Counted from the first letter of the stretch, positions 1 through 9,615 are shown. The stretch is 64,000 nucleotides of DNA from Gemmatimonadaceae bacterium (GCA_044224875.1 JBGAJQ010000018.1:1-64000), one strand, 5' to 3'. Notes: generated from the sequence alone by a model not told the origin. Numbers and translations are program-made.

Positions 1-678
1 GACGGCCTCGTTAGGATCGGCGAGGTGGACGGGTGCGTGGCTGGGTGCGTTTTAACCACCGCCGAGGTCATGCGTGCAGGGCTTTGGTTGGTGGGGCCGT
101 CGCCCGGTGTGCGTTCGGTGTCGTCTGCCTTCTACATGTCAGTCCCGCCCTTCCGCTCCGACGAGGGCGAGGTGCTGACGTTTACCGACTGCGCCGTCCT
201 GCCGTATCCGACGGCCGAGCAGCTGGCCGACATTGCGGTTGCCGCCGCCCGCGATCGCTCGCGCATTGTGGGTGATCGCCCCTGCGTGGCCTTTCTCTCC
301 TTCAGCTCGTACGGGAGCGCAGAGGGCGAATCGGTCGCCAAGGTGCGCCAGGCCGTAACACTGGCCCGCTCCCGTGCCCCGCAGATCGACTTCGACGGCG
401 AGCTTCAGGGTGACGCAGCTCTCATGGCGACTGTGGGCGCGCGCAAGTCACCGGGCTCCGCCGTCGCCGGCAAGGCAAATGTGCTGGTTTTCCCGTCATT
501 GGACGCTGGAAACATCGCATATAAGCTTGTCGAACGCTTGGCGCATGCCCTAGCGATAGGTCCAATCGTCCAAGGGTTGGACCGGCCGTGCAACGATCTG
601 TCGCGCGGCGCATCGGTCGATGACATTATGAACGTCGCGGCGGTCACGGCTTTGCAGTCGGCCGCCCCGACCGCCTAA
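1..678 (+). CDS. pta: Phosphate acetyltransferase, C-terminal part (5' end outside window)
   Basis: Frame is open from base 1; motifs FTDCAV, LSFSSYGS, DGELQGDAAL, ANVLVFPSLDAGNIAYKL, PCNDLSRGAS. Confidence 0.93.
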   Translation, partial: DGLVRIGEVDGCVAGCVLTTAEVMRAGLWLVGPSPGVRSVSSAFYMSVPPFRSDEGEVLTFTDCAVLPYPTAEQLADIAVAAARDRSRIVGDRPCVAFLSFSSYGSAEGESVAKVRQAVTLARSRAPQIDFDGELQGDAALMATVGARKSPGSAVAGKANVLVFPSLDAGNIAYKLVERLAHALAIGPIVQGLDRPCNDLSRGASVDDIMNVAAVTALQSAAPTA

Positions 679-702
679 GTCAAATTCGCACGTGGAGACC
701 CC

Positions 703-1035
703 ATGGGTTTTTCGATCAAGAAGCAGGGCGAAGTTTGCGTGGTCGATGTGGAAGGTCAGCTCATTGTCGGCAACCGCCAGGAATTGAAGCAAAAGGTCTT
801 GGATGAGGTCGATCGGGGTGAACGCAAGTTCCTCGTCGATTTTTCACGTACCGGCTATATCGACAGCTCGGGACTCGGCGTGCTGGTGTCGTTGTCCAAG
901 AAGATCCGCGAGTTGGGCGGTGAGCTTCGGTTGGCGGGCCTGAACGAGGACCTCCAGACTCTTTTTGAGCTGACGAAGCTCGACACCCTGTTCCGCATTG
1001 CGGCGACGCGCGAGATGGGTCTCCAGAGCTTCTAG
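703..1035 (+). CDS. STAS-domain anti-sigma factor antagonist (RsbV/SpoIIAA-like)
   Basis: 110 aa with YIDSSGLGVL phospho-serine motif; GGAG RBS upstream. Confidence 0.92.
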   Translation: MGFSIKKQGEVCVVDVEGQLIVGNRQELKQKVLDEVDRGERKFLVDFSRTGYIDSSGLGVLVSLSKKIRELGGELRLAGLNEDLQTLFELTKLDTLFRIAATREMGLQSF

Positions 1036-1113
1036 CCTGGAGCCCGGCAGGCGTCGATCCGCCAGAGCATCCGGTGGGCGTGACCGGAACCCCCTTTGCG
1101 CGTATCACACCAG

Positions 1114-1581
1114 ATGACCGACGCACAAACCCCGCTTCCGCTCGCGGCAGATTTTGAGCCCGAGGCGCTGCGCTTTCCGATCGACGTCTCCATTCCCTCC
1201 GACGTGCGCTATATCGAGCACGTGGTTGGCGTGATCATTCGTCGCTGCGCGGAACATCGCGTGGCGCCCCGGCACTGCTCGCTCAACGTGCCGGTGGCGC
1301 TCACTGAGGCCTTGTCCAACGCGATGCTGTACGGGAATCGTGCGGATGGTACCAAGTCCGTGCGACTGCGTGCCACCCTCGACGAAGAACAGGTGATCTT
1401 CGAGGTCGCCGATCAAGGGATGGGCTTCGACCTCGATGCCTGCACCAACGACCCGACGCTGGACGGCAACGTCGAACGGGAGGATGGGCGCGGGTTGTAC
1501 CTGATGCGCTGCCTGATGGACCGAGTGGAGCGCTTTACCGACGGCGGCAACGTGGTTCGCCTTACGCTCCTGCGCTCGTGA
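1114..1581 (+). CDS. Anti-sigma factor / serine kinase (RsbW-like, HATPase_c_2)
   Basis: ALTEALSNAMLYGN (N box), VADQGMGF (G1), GRGLYLMRCLMD (G2); start uncertain (TTG 1096 or ATG 1114). Confidence 0.88.
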   Translation: MTDAQTPLPLAADFEPEALRFPIDVSIPSDVRYIEHVVGVIIRRCAEHRVAPRHCSLNVPVALTEALSNAMLYGNRADGTKSVRLRATLDEEQVIFEVADQGMGFDLDACTNDPTLDGNVEREDGRGLYLMRCLMDRVERFTDGGNVVRLTLLRS

Positions 1582-3194
1582 ACGAACTGGCTCCTCTCTT
1601 CCAGAAGTTCAAGGCGGCGACAGGGTGCGATGCGGTGTTGTGGTCGCAGGCTGACGTTCGCGGACCGATTTCGGTGGTGTGCGGCCAGGTACCGGCCGAT
1701 CCTCCGGCAGTGGTCGCGCTGATTGGGGTGGACAACGGCGCCGCGCAGGTGGAAACGCCGATCGGACCCTTGTTCGTGGCGGCAGCACCTGGTCCTCGCC
1801 GGGCGTGGGTTGCCGTAGGTCCGTGTCAGGAAAGTGAGGCGAACGCTCGTGGCTACGTGCTCTTCCTCGCCGCGCTGGTTGGCCATTTCGTCCACACGTC
1901 GCTCGAAGTGGAACACGCCGCGCACGAACTCGCTGAACGGTACGAGGAGATCAACCTCCTGTACTCGACGAGTGAAATCCTCGGGCGAACGGTGACGCTC
2001 GAGGAGGCGGCCAACCAGATCTTGCACGAGATCTCGGAGACCGTGGGGGCAAGGCGCGCGGCCATCCTGACGCATGATCGCGTGACGGACACGTTGCAGG
2101 TGGTGACGGCGATTGGCTTCGACCCGCTGCGGGCGGCCCCAATCGCTGTCGACGACGCACAGTGCGTGTCGGCGCGCGTCTTTCGCGAACAGCGGGCCGC
2201 GATTGTCGAGGAGGGAGAAAGCGAGTGTGCCGCCGAGTTCTATCGTCGCGGGGCGATGCTCAGTGTGCCGATCCAGTACACGTATCCTGGCCAGCGCTCG
2301 ATCCCGTTAGGCGTCGTGAACCTCAGCGAGCGACGCACTGGAGAGTCCTTCACCAGCGGTGACGAGAAGCTGGTGAGCGCGATTGCCTCACAGATTGGGA
2401 CGGCAATCCAGAACGCGAGATTGGTCCGCGCATCACTGAGCCAGCAACGCCTGCAGCACGAAATGCAGCTTGCGCAGGACCTGCAGATGAAGCTGCTGCC
2501 GGCGCCCTCGGTGGTGTCGCCGGAGGCGCAGGTGGCGGCGCAAGTCGTGCCCGCGGAGAGTGTCGGCGGCGACTTCTATCACCTGTTTCGGCTGGGCGAC
2601 GGGAAGACGGGGTTGATGATCGGTGACGTGTCGTCACACGGATATCGAGCGGCTCTCATCATGGCGCTCCTCATGAGCGCTGCGTCCATTCACGCGCAAA
2701 CCACCGCGGACCCGGTGGAAATGCTATTGGCACTTCTCACTTCTCTTGCCGATGAACTCACGGCCACCGAAATGCACGTGAGCGTGTTCTACGCCGTCAT
2801 CGACAATCGGAAGGGGCGCATGCGTTACGCCAACGCCGGCCACCCCCACGCGTTCGTCGTCTCCGAAGGCGGCGGCGTCGATCGGCTGTCGGCGCAGGTC
2901 CCACCGCTCGGCCTTGGGGATACCGCCGCCGATTTGTTACGTCGTAGCTGGAAGCCCGTTGAGCGTCCATGGATGTCGGGACGAGACTTGCTGCTACTGT
3001 TCACGGATGGCGTAAGCGACGCGCGCAATCGGAACGACCAGCGGCTTGGTGAACGTCGATTGGTGGATTTGGTGAAGGGGGCTCGTCACCTGCAACCGAA
3101 GGACATCGTGGAGCGCGCGTTCGTCATGTTGACGGCGCACGCCGGCGACGCACCGCGCCGGGACGACCTCACCCTCGTGGTCGCGCGGAGTTGA
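1578..3194 (+). CDS. GAF-domain PP2C/SpoIIE phosphatase (RsbU-like)
   Basis: Central GAF domain; C-terminal VGGDFY, GDVSSHG, NAGHP, FTDGVSD, DDLT; 4-nt overlap with the rsbW-like gene. Confidence 0.9.
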   Translation: MNELAPLFQKFKAATGCDAVLWSQADVRGPISVVCGQVPADPPAVVALIGVDNGAAQVETPIGPLFVAAAPGPRRAWVAVGPCQESEANARGYVLFLAALVGHFVHTSLEVEHAAHELAERYEEINLLYSTSEILGRTVTLEEAANQILHEISETVGARRAAILTHDRVTDTLQVVTAIGFDPLRAAPIAVDDAQCVSARVFREQRAAIVEEGESECAAEFYRRGAMLSVPIQYTYPGQRSIPLGVVNLSERRTGESFTSGDEKLVSAIASQIGTAIQNARLVRASLSQQRLQHEMQLAQDLQMKLLPAPSVVSPEAQVAAQVVPAESVGGDFYHLFRLGDGKTGLMIGDVSSHGYRAALIMALLMSAASIHAQTTADPVEMLLALLTSLADELTATEMHVSVFYAVIDNRKGRMRYANAGHPHAFVVSEGGGVDRLSAQVPPLGLGDTAADLLRRSWKPVERPWMSGRDLLLLFTDGVSDARNRNDQRLGERRLVDLVKGARHLQPKDIVERAFVMLTAHAGDAPRRDDLTLVVARS

Positions 3195-3206
3195 GCGACC
3201 ATCGCC

Positions 3207-4043
3207 GTGCCTGACGACGCACGCCGACCGGCGGCTCGGCACACCCCTCGCAAGCGCTTCGGCCAGCACTTCCTTACAGACCGCGCGGCCCTGCTGAAGA
3301 TCGTCGACGCCGTGGCGGTGGGTACCAAGGCCGCGGACGTCGTCGTCGAGATAGGTCCGGGACGCGGCGCCCTCACCGATGAACTGCTGGCGCGGGGGCT
3401 TCACGTCGTGGCGGTAGAAATCGACCGCGACCTCGTCGGTGAGCTGCGCCAGCGATACGCCGGAAACGTGGCCGCAAGAATCGTCGAGGGCGATGCCTTG
3501 AGCGTCAACCTGGCTCACCTCGGCGGACCCGGATATCGCCTGGTCGGCAACCTGCCGTACTACATCACCACGCCACTCATCTTTCACGCGCTCGCCTCGC
3601 CGCGTCCCGCATGCGCCGTCTTCCTCGTGCAGCGCGAGGTCGCCGACCGACTCGTGGCATCGAGCGGCTCCTCCCTCTATGGTGCCCTCAGCGTCAATGT
3701 GCAGAGCGTCGCCACCGTGGAGCTGGTAGGGCGGGTGAGAGCCGGGGCGTTCTATCCGCCGCCAAAGGTGGATTCGGCCATCGTTAGGCTCCAGCCGCGC
3801 GCGGAGGTGGCCGTTGGACCGGACTTCGAACGTCCATTTCGCGAATTCGTCATCGCGATGTTCGGGCAGCGTCGCAAGCAGGTCGCACGAGCGCTCCGCC
3901 ACGTGAGCCAAGTCGATCCGGAAGGCGCCCAACGCATACTGCGTCTGGCGAATATCGAGCCGGTACGGCGACCCGAGACCTTGTCACCCGTGGAGTTTGC
4001 CCGACTCTTCTTTGCGGTACGAGGGCCAGTCGCGAACGACTGA
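3207..4043 (+). CDS. rsmA: 16S rRNA m6,2A1518/1519 dimethyltransferase
   Basis: KRFGQHFL, VEIGPGRGALT, VGNLPYYITTP, FYPPPKVDSA. Confidence 0.95.
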   Translation: MPDDARRPAARHTPRKRFGQHFLTDRAALLKIVDAVAVGTKAADVVVEIGPGRGALTDELLARGLHVVAVEIDRDLVGELRQRYAGNVAARIVEGDALSVNLAHLGGPGYRLVGNLPYYITTPLIFHALASPRPACAVFLVQREVADRLVASSGSSLYGALSVNVQSVATVELVGRVRAGAFYPPPKVDSAIVRLQPRAEVAVGPDFERPFREFVIAMFGQRRKQVARALRHVSQVDPEGAQRILRLANIEPVRRPETLSPVEFARLFFAVRGPVAND

Positions 4044-4047
4044 GACG

Positions 4048-4701
4048 CTACTCGTGGTCCTTGCCGTTTCGGACGTCTCGCGACGAGAGCGCAAAGCTCA
4101 GCCCCTCCAGCTCCATCGCCATGTTCACCGAGCGAACCGTGACGTCCGGCGGTACCTGAATCTGGGTCGACGCGAAGTTGAGAATCGCGAGAATCCCCGC
4201 CCGCACGAGTCGATCCGCCGCCGCCTGCGCCTCTTCTGCCGGAACCGCCAGGACCGCGATGTCAGGAGGTTCTCGCTCGACGTCTCGCTCGAGCGTCGAA
4301 ATGTCCTGCACGGTGAGTGACTCCCACTGCGATCCGATCTTCCTCGGGTCTCGGTCATAGACGGCCGAAACAATGAACCCGCGCTGGCGGAAGCCTCGAT
4401 ACTGGGCGAGGGCCGTCCCGATCTTTCCGGCTCCGACGATGATCACCTTCCATGTTCGGCGCAGGCCGAGGATGTCACGCAGGCTCGCTGTCAGTTCGGG
4501 CACGGAATACCCGAGTCCGCGCTTACCGAACGATCCGAATGCGGAGAGGTCCTTTCGCACCTGCGCGGAGGTCGTGCCTCCTCGCCGCGCCAGCTCCTCC
4601 GACGAAATCGTCAGCAGCCCACGCTGCCCCGATTCCTCTAGGAATCGGAGATAAACGGAAAGGCGTCGGACCGTAGACTCGGCAATGCGCTTTACGTGCA
4701 A
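4048..4701 (-). CDS. rex: Redox-sensing transcriptional repressor Rex
   Basis: STVRRLSVYLR, QVRKDLSAFGSFGKRGLGY, GAGKIG Rossmann motif; start placed at TTG 4701 because the ORF-track extension to 4752 runs through the operator. Confidence 0.93.
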   Translation of the reverse strand: MHVKRIAESTVRRLSVYLRFLEESGQRGLLTISSEELARRGGTTSAQVRKDLSAFGSFGKRGLGYSVPELTASLRDILGLRRTWKVIIVGAGKIGTALAQYRGFRQRGFIVSAVYDRDPRKIGSQWESLTVQDISTLERDVEREPPDIAVLAVPAEEAQAAADRLVRAGILAILNFASTQIQVPPDVTVRSVNMAMELEGLSFALSSRDVRNGKDHE

Positions 4702-4708
4702 ATCAATG

Positions 4709-4728
4709 CTTGTGAATTCATTCACAAG
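4709..4728. promoter_or_regulatory. Rex operator (ROP)
   Basis: cTTGTGAA-TTCA-TTCACAAg, an exact match to the Rex consensus TTGTGAA-n4-TTCACAA, just upstream of rex and in the rex/arcA divergent region. Confidence 0.88.
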
Positions 4729-4923
4729 ATAGCGCAAGCGTTGTGCGGACACTAGTTAAGCCCGCAGACGAATTCGTTTCGTGAATGCGACCTTTTCGTC
4801 CCAAGCCAATATGTTTTCATCGCTTGGGAGATCGGGGGTGCCCAAACGAGCGGCGACGGAGGCGGATCGAGACCCGATCCGGCCGCTAGCCGAAAAGGTG
4901 CCGAACCGCGTTAGATTCTGCGC

Positions 4924-6159
4924 ATGCCAGTTCATGTTGGGTCGGAGATCGGACGTTTGCGACGAGTCATCGTCCACACTCCGGGTGTTGAGCTCCTCGC
5001 GGTCACGCCAGACACGCGGGAGGACTACTTGTATGACGACATCATCGACGTCGAGTCGGCAAGAAAGGAGCACCGACGCTTCGTCGCCATCATCGAGCGA
5101 TTCGCCGAGGTTCACGAGGTCCGCGACCTTCTGCTGGACGTAGTCGATCAACAGGCGGTGAGGGACCTGTTGGTGCGTGAGACGTTGGATGTCGTTCCGC
5201 TACAGGCCCTCGAGCGCGAGCTCTCGGAGCTGCCGGCGGAGGAGCTGGTGCGCACGCTGATCGAAGGCCGAGAAGATCCTCCCGGTCCGCTGGGTGCTGC
5301 GTTGAATGAGCGCGGCTACCAGTTGCCGCCGCTTCCGAACCTGTATTTCACGCGTGACGTCGCGATGGGAATCAACGAGCACGTCATGATCGGCTCGATG
5401 CGATACGGTGTACGGTGGAGTGAAGAGCTGATCATGAAGGCGCTGTTCGTTTCTCATCCGTTGCTGGGGAACCGCGGTATTCTCTATGACGGATCGAGTG
5501 AACGGCGCCTTGCCTACACGCTCGAAGGTGGCGACGTCCACCCCATGCGATCGGACACGATCATGATCGGCTTTTCCGAGCGATCGAGCCCCGCCGCGAT
5601 CGACCACCTGGCGTCGCTCCTGTTTTCGCAGACGACAATCGAGAACGTGATCGTGGTGGTGATGCCGAAGGAGAACACGGCAATCCACCTGGACATGATC
5701 TTCACGCAGATCGATCGCGAACTCTGCGTGGTGTACCCACCGCACTTCATTGGTCCGGAGCGTCTGTCGATCCTGCTGTGGCGTCGCGGTGCCGGGCAAC
5801 TGCGCGAAATGCCTAACGTTTTTGCCGCGCTCAAGGAGTGCGGACTTCCGATGGAGCCGGTATTTTGCGGCGGGACGCGCCGACTGATGCAGGAGCGCGA
5901 GCAGTGGGCATCCGGCTGCAACTTTGTCGCCTTGCGCCCGGGTCTGCTGACCTCGTATTCGCGGAACGAGGCGACGCTTCACGAGCTGCAACAGACGGGG
6001 TTCAAGGTGGTGCCCGCCGTGGCATTCCTGACGGGTGAAACGCGGATCGGGGACAGCGAGCGAGCCGTGATCACGTTCGAAGGGAGCGAGTTGGTGCGAG
6101 GTGGCGGAGGTCCGCGCTGTATGACGTGCCCGATCGAACGGGACGACCCGTGGTCTTGA
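4924..6159 (+). CDS. arcA: Arginine deiminase family protein
   Basis: SEIGRLRRVIVHTPG, PNLYFTRD, LEGGD, IHLDMIF, ELVRGGGGPRCMTCP (catalytic Cys). Confidence 0.9.
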   Translation: MPVHVGSEIGRLRRVIVHTPGVELLAVTPDTREDYLYDDIIDVESARKEHRRFVAIIERFAEVHEVRDLLLDVVDQQAVRDLLVRETLDVVPLQALERELSELPAEELVRTLIEGREDPPGPLGAALNERGYQLPPLPNLYFTRDVAMGINEHVMIGSMRYGVRWSEELIMKALFVSHPLLGNRGILYDGSSERRLAYTLEGGDVHPMRSDTIMIGFSERSSPAAIDHLASLLFSQTTIENVIVVVMPKENTAIHLDMIFTQIDRELCVVYPPHFIGPERLSILLWRRGAGQLREMPNVFAALKECGLPMEPVFCGGTRRLMQEREQWASGCNFVALRPGLLTSYSRNEATLHELQQTGFKVVPAVAFLTGETRIGDSERAVITFEGSELVRGGGGPRCMTCPIERDDPWS

Positions 6160-6178
6160 TCCGCGCGGTGCGACCCGC

Positions 6179-7153
6179 GTGAGCGGCGTCTCGCTGTCTC
6201 GTCCAGACTCCACCCTCGTCGCGCGTGCGCGAGACTACCTCGCAAGCGGCCCCGCGTCGGCGGTGGATGTCATCGGGTACGTCTGCAAGCTGCCCGGGCC
6301 GCCGGAGGCGGTAGCGATGCACCTGGCGGACGTCCTTCTTGGGTCCGAACGTGGCTTTGTGAAGGAGCCCAGTGGCACGTGGTCGCTGACGCCGGTCGAC
6401 CTGCCGCCAGTTCCGCCGCCAACCGATCGAGCGCGTCGCGGGTCTACGGCCCGTGCGTCGCGCGGCCGGGAGGTTTCGACTCGTACCACCAGCACCTCCG
6501 CACCTCTGGCGGTGGCGTCCACGCCACTGTCGCGGCTGTCGTACGCCGTCGTGGACGTGGAGACAACCGGGTCGCGCGCCGGGTGGGGGGACCGGATTAC
6601 CGAGATCGCCGCGGTCCGTGTGGAAGGTGGGGAGATTGTGGACGTGTACGAATCGCTGGTGAATCCGGAACGCCCGATTCCGCCGCAAATCACCCAGCTG
6701 ACTCGCATAACGAGCGACATGGTCCGGAGTGCGCCGCGCTTTGCGACGATTGCCCGGCGCGTGGCGCAAGCCTTGGATGGCCGAATCTTTGTCGCGCACA
6801 ATGCGACCTTCGACTGGCGCTTCGTGTCCACCGAGTTCATGCGGTCGACCGGAGAACAACTGGTGGGCGAGCGCGTGTGCACGGTTCGGCTCACTCGCGC
6901 CTTGCTTCCCATGTTGCGCCGGCGGTCGCTGGACGCATTGGCCCGGTACTTTGACGTCGAGATTACCGCGCGACACCGGGCGGGAGGCGACGCCGTGGCT
7001 ACTGCCCGCGTACTGATCGAGCTCCTGCGTCTCGCCGAGGACCGCGGTGTGACGACGCTGGAGGACCTGCGGATGTTGGGGCGAACAGGTCGAAAGGTGC
7101 GACGCAAACGGCGCGCACTGCCACAGTGGATGACGAGGGATGAATCGGCATGA
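6179..7153 (+). CDS. DEDDh 3'-5' exonuclease (DnaQ-like) with N-terminal extension
   Basis: VVDVETTG, VAHNATFD, HRAGGDA. Confidence 0.88.
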   Translation: MSGVSLSRPDSTLVARARDYLASGPASAVDVIGYVCKLPGPPEAVAMHLADVLLGSERGFVKEPSGTWSLTPVDLPPVPPPTDRARRGSTARASRGREVSTRTTSTSAPLAVASTPLSRLSYAVVDVETTGSRAGWGDRITEIAAVRVEGGEIVDVYESLVNPERPIPPQITQLTRITSDMVRSAPRFATIARRVAQALDGRIFVAHNATFDWRFVSTEFMRSTGEQLVGERVCTVRLTRALLPMLRRRSLDALARYFDVEITARHRAGGDAVATARVLIELLRLAEDRGVTTLEDLRMLGRTGRKVRRKRRALPQWMTRDESA

Positions 7154-8037
7154 CGGCAGAACGTCCGGCGACGACGACGCGCCAGCTCGGTCGGTGGCGG
7201 ATACACGGGATACAGGCCGGCTATCAGCGACTGGATGGTGGCGCCATGTTTGGCGTTGTCCCGAAGCCACTCTGGGAACGGCGCCTCCTGCCCGACGAGC
7301 GCAATCGCGTGCCGTTAGGCATGCGCTGTCTGGTGATCGAACACGACGACGGGTTGGTGCTGGTGGACACCGGATCGGGGAACAAGGAAGCCGAGAAGTT
7401 CACCGACATTTACGCCATTGAGAACGTGGGTCGTGAAGGGCGCACCTGGCTGGAGGACGGATTGCGGGCGCTCGGCCACTCGACGGATGACGTGCGGATC
7501 GTGATCAACACCCACCTGCACTTCGATCACGCGGGGGGCAATACGTATCGCGCAGCGGGCGGGGAGGTGCTTCCGTCGTTCCCCAAGGCGAGGTACGTCG
7601 TGCAGCGGGCCGAATTCGACTTCGCCACGCACACGAACGAACGAACGGCTGCCAGCTACTTCCCGAGAAACTGGGATGCCGTGATTGCCGCGGGGCTTCT
7701 GGACCTGGTGGAAGGGGAGCGAGAGATCGTGCCTGGGATTTCGGTGCGCCGGACGCCCGGCCACGTCCCGCATCATCAAAGTGTTCTGGTCGACGGAGGC
7801 GGTGGGGAGTATGCCTTCTTTCTGGGTGACATGTGTCCCACGTCGTGTCACGTCCCGCTACCGTGGATCATGGGTTACGACGTCGAGCCGCTGGTCACGT
7901 TGGAGACCAAGCGCCGAATCTTCCGCCAAGCCGTCGATGAGCGATGGCTCGTCGTTTTTGAGCATGATGCCACGATCCCGTGGAGCCGACTGGGGCACGA
8001 TGGTAAGGGCTATACGTTGGCTGATACGGAACCGTGA
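7150..8037 (+). CDS. MBL-fold metallo-hydrolase (YtnP-like)
   Basis: LDGGAMFGVVPKPLW, THLHFDHAGG, TPGHVPHH, FEHD. Confidence 0.9.
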   Translation: MTAERPATTTRQLGRWRIHGIQAGYQRLDGGAMFGVVPKPLWERRLLPDERNRVPLGMRCLVIEHDDGLVLVDTGSGNKEAEKFTDIYAIENVGREGRTWLEDGLRALGHSTDDVRIVINTHLHFDHAGGNTYRAAGGEVLPSFPKARYVVQRAEFDFATHTNERTAASYFPRNWDAVIAAGLLDLVEGEREIVPGISVRRTPGHVPHHQSVLVDGGGGEYAFFLGDMCPTSCHVPLPWIMGYDVEPLVTLETKRRIFRQAVDERWLVVFEHDATIPWSRLGHDGKGYTLADTEP

Positions 8038-8094
8038 TGTCACCAGCGAACTTGTCGTGCCGGTCGGAGTGGCTCGGTTGCTGCGCCGGGTGCC

Positions 8095-8123
8095 TTGCCT
8101 TCTAAGTTGAAGGGGGGTATTTT
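8095..8123 (+). promoter_or_regulatory. Putative sigma70 promoter of the infC operon
   Basis: TTGCCT (8095-8100), 17-nt spacer, TATTTT (8118-8123). Confidence 0.55.
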
Positions 8124-8137
8124 GTTACCACAATTTG

Positions 8138-8275
8138 CTGAAGCAGAGCGTTATGGCTCTCACCCTCTGGCCCTGAACGTCAGGCGCTGCAGGCGTCCGA
8201 AATAGGCACTCCGTCGCGCGAGCGACGGGCAGTGCGGTATCGCGGACTCCGGGGTTGAGTCCGCGTTTTTCTTTT
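8138..8275 (+). ncRNA. L20-leader-like attenuator RNA upstream of infC-rpmI-rplT
   Basis: 5' GAAGCAGAGC...GCTCTCACC resembles, from memory, the Firmicute L20 leader; ends in hairpin CGCGGACTC/GAGTCCGCG (8241-8265) plus TTTTTCTTTT before the infC start. Confidence 0.6.
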
Positions 8276-8333
8276 GGTGGCGCTCCGAACTCCGTCGGAT
8301 CGGCACCGTCACTTTGCGGGAGGAATCGTCTTT

Positions 8334-8849
8334 ATTCAGGACAATACGAAGCGCGTCCGCGTGAACCGACAGATCCGAATCAGCCCGGTCCGGGTGATTG
8401 GAGCCGACGGTAGCCAGCTGGGCATTCTGGAAGTCGACAGAGCCATGGCGCTGGCAGAAGAGGCAGGTCTCGACCTCGTCGAGGTTGCACCGATGGCGCG
8501 ACCGCCGGTGGTCCGGGTCATGGACTACGGAAAGTTCAAGTTTGAACAGGCCAAGCAGGCGCGCATCGCGAAGAAGAAGCAGCACGTGATCCACCTCAAG
8601 GAAGTGAAGTACCGTCCTGGGATTGAGGATCACGACTTTGAGACGAAGACTCGACACGCACGACGCTTTCTCCAGGAAGGCGATAAGGTGAAGGTCACGC
8701 TCATGTTCCGCGGGCGGCAGATTGCGCACCCGGAGCTGGGGCAAGCCGTGGTAGAACGTGTGGCGGTCGATCTGGCGGACGTGGCCAAGATCGAGAGCCC
8801 CGCGCGAATGGAAGGGAAGTCACTCACGATGATCCTGGCACCGAAATAA
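8334..8849 (+). CDS. infC: Translation initiation factor IF-3 (ATT start)
   Basis: RVNRQIR, GLDLVEV, PPVVRVMDYGKFKF, KEVKYRP; GGAGG at 8319-8323 precedes an in-frame ATT at 8334. Confidence 0.95.
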   Translation: MQDNTKRVRVNRQIRISPVRVIGADGSQLGILEVDRAMALAEEAGLDLVEVAPMARPPVVRVMDYGKFKFEQAKQARIAKKKQHVIHLKEVKYRPGIEDHDFETKTRHARRFLQEGDKVKVTLMFRGRQIAHPELGQAVVERVAVDLADVAKIESPARMEGKSLTMILAPK

Positions 8850-8863
8850 GCGAGTACTGAACG

Positions 8864-9061
8864 ATGCCGAAGATGAAAACGCATAAGGGCGCCAAGAAGC
8901 GCTTCTCAGTCACTGGGACGGGGAAGGTGCGGCGCCTCAAGGCATACAAGAGCCATATCCTCACGAAGAAGACCGCGAAGCGAAAGCGGGATCTGCGTCG
9001 CGCCGCCATCGTGGCGCGGAACGGAGAGGCTCGGAACATCAAACGCCTGCTGCAGGCCTAA
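8864..9061 (+). CDS. rpmI: 50S ribosomal protein L35
   Basis: [14 protein letters not shown]; position after infC. Confidence 0.97.
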   Translation: MPKMKTHKGAKKRFSVTGTGKVRRLKAYKSHILTKKTAKRKRDLRRAAIVARNGEARNIKRLLQA

Positions 9062-9070
9062 GGAGCAACC

Positions 9071-9427
9071 ATGCCAAGAGTCAAATCGAATGTGGTGCGC
9101 CTCAAGCGAAAGAAGCAGGTGATGAAGGCCGCGCGTGGCTACTACGGCGCGCGCAGCAAGCTGTGGGGCCCGGCCAAGGAGTCCGTCGAACGCGCGTGGC
9201 GCTACGCGTACCGCGATCGTCGCAACAAGAAGCGCGACTTCCGCCGCCTCTGGATCGTGCGCATCAACGCAGCGGCCCACCAGAACGAGATGAACTACAG
9301 CACCTTCATGAACGGGTTGCGTCAGGCCGGCATCGAAGTCGATCGCAAGATTCTCGCTGACCTTGCCGTGCATGACGCGGCGGCCTTTACCGCGCTCGCC
9401 GAGAAGGCTCGGGCGGCGCTGGCGTAA
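9071..9427 (+). CDS. rplT: 50S ribosomal protein L20
   Basis: [38 protein letters not shown]. Confidence 0.97.
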   Translation: MPRVKSNVVRLKRKKQVMKAARGYYGARSKLWGPAKESVERAWRYAYRDRRNKKRDFRRLWIVRINAAAHQNEMNYSTFMNGLRQAGIEVDRKILADLAVHDAAAFTALAEKARAALA

Positions 9428-9494
9428 GCGGAACAGGCACGTCGAATCGAACCCCCGGCTGCGGTCGTGGGGCACCGAAAGTGAAAGACTGTTC

Positions 9495-9532
9495 AGCGGC
9501 AGCGCGACGCTCGCGTCGCAGCTGCCGCTTTT
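9495..9532 (+). terminator. Intrinsic terminator after rplT
   Basis: AGCGGCAGC-GCGACGC / GCGTCGC-A-GCTGCCGCT hairpin followed by a short T run. Confidence 0.65.
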
Positions 9533-9615
9533 GCGTCACGCTGGCGTCGGCTGCTGCAGAACACGGTCGGTGGATCTCCTAGGTCGCGAACTTCACACCT
9601 GCTCAATTCCTTCGC

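Noticed and set aside
9428..9615. T-box or pheM-type leader upstream of pheS
   Set aside because: No T-box consensus or Phe-rich leader peptide is evident; the hairpin is explained as the rplT terminator.
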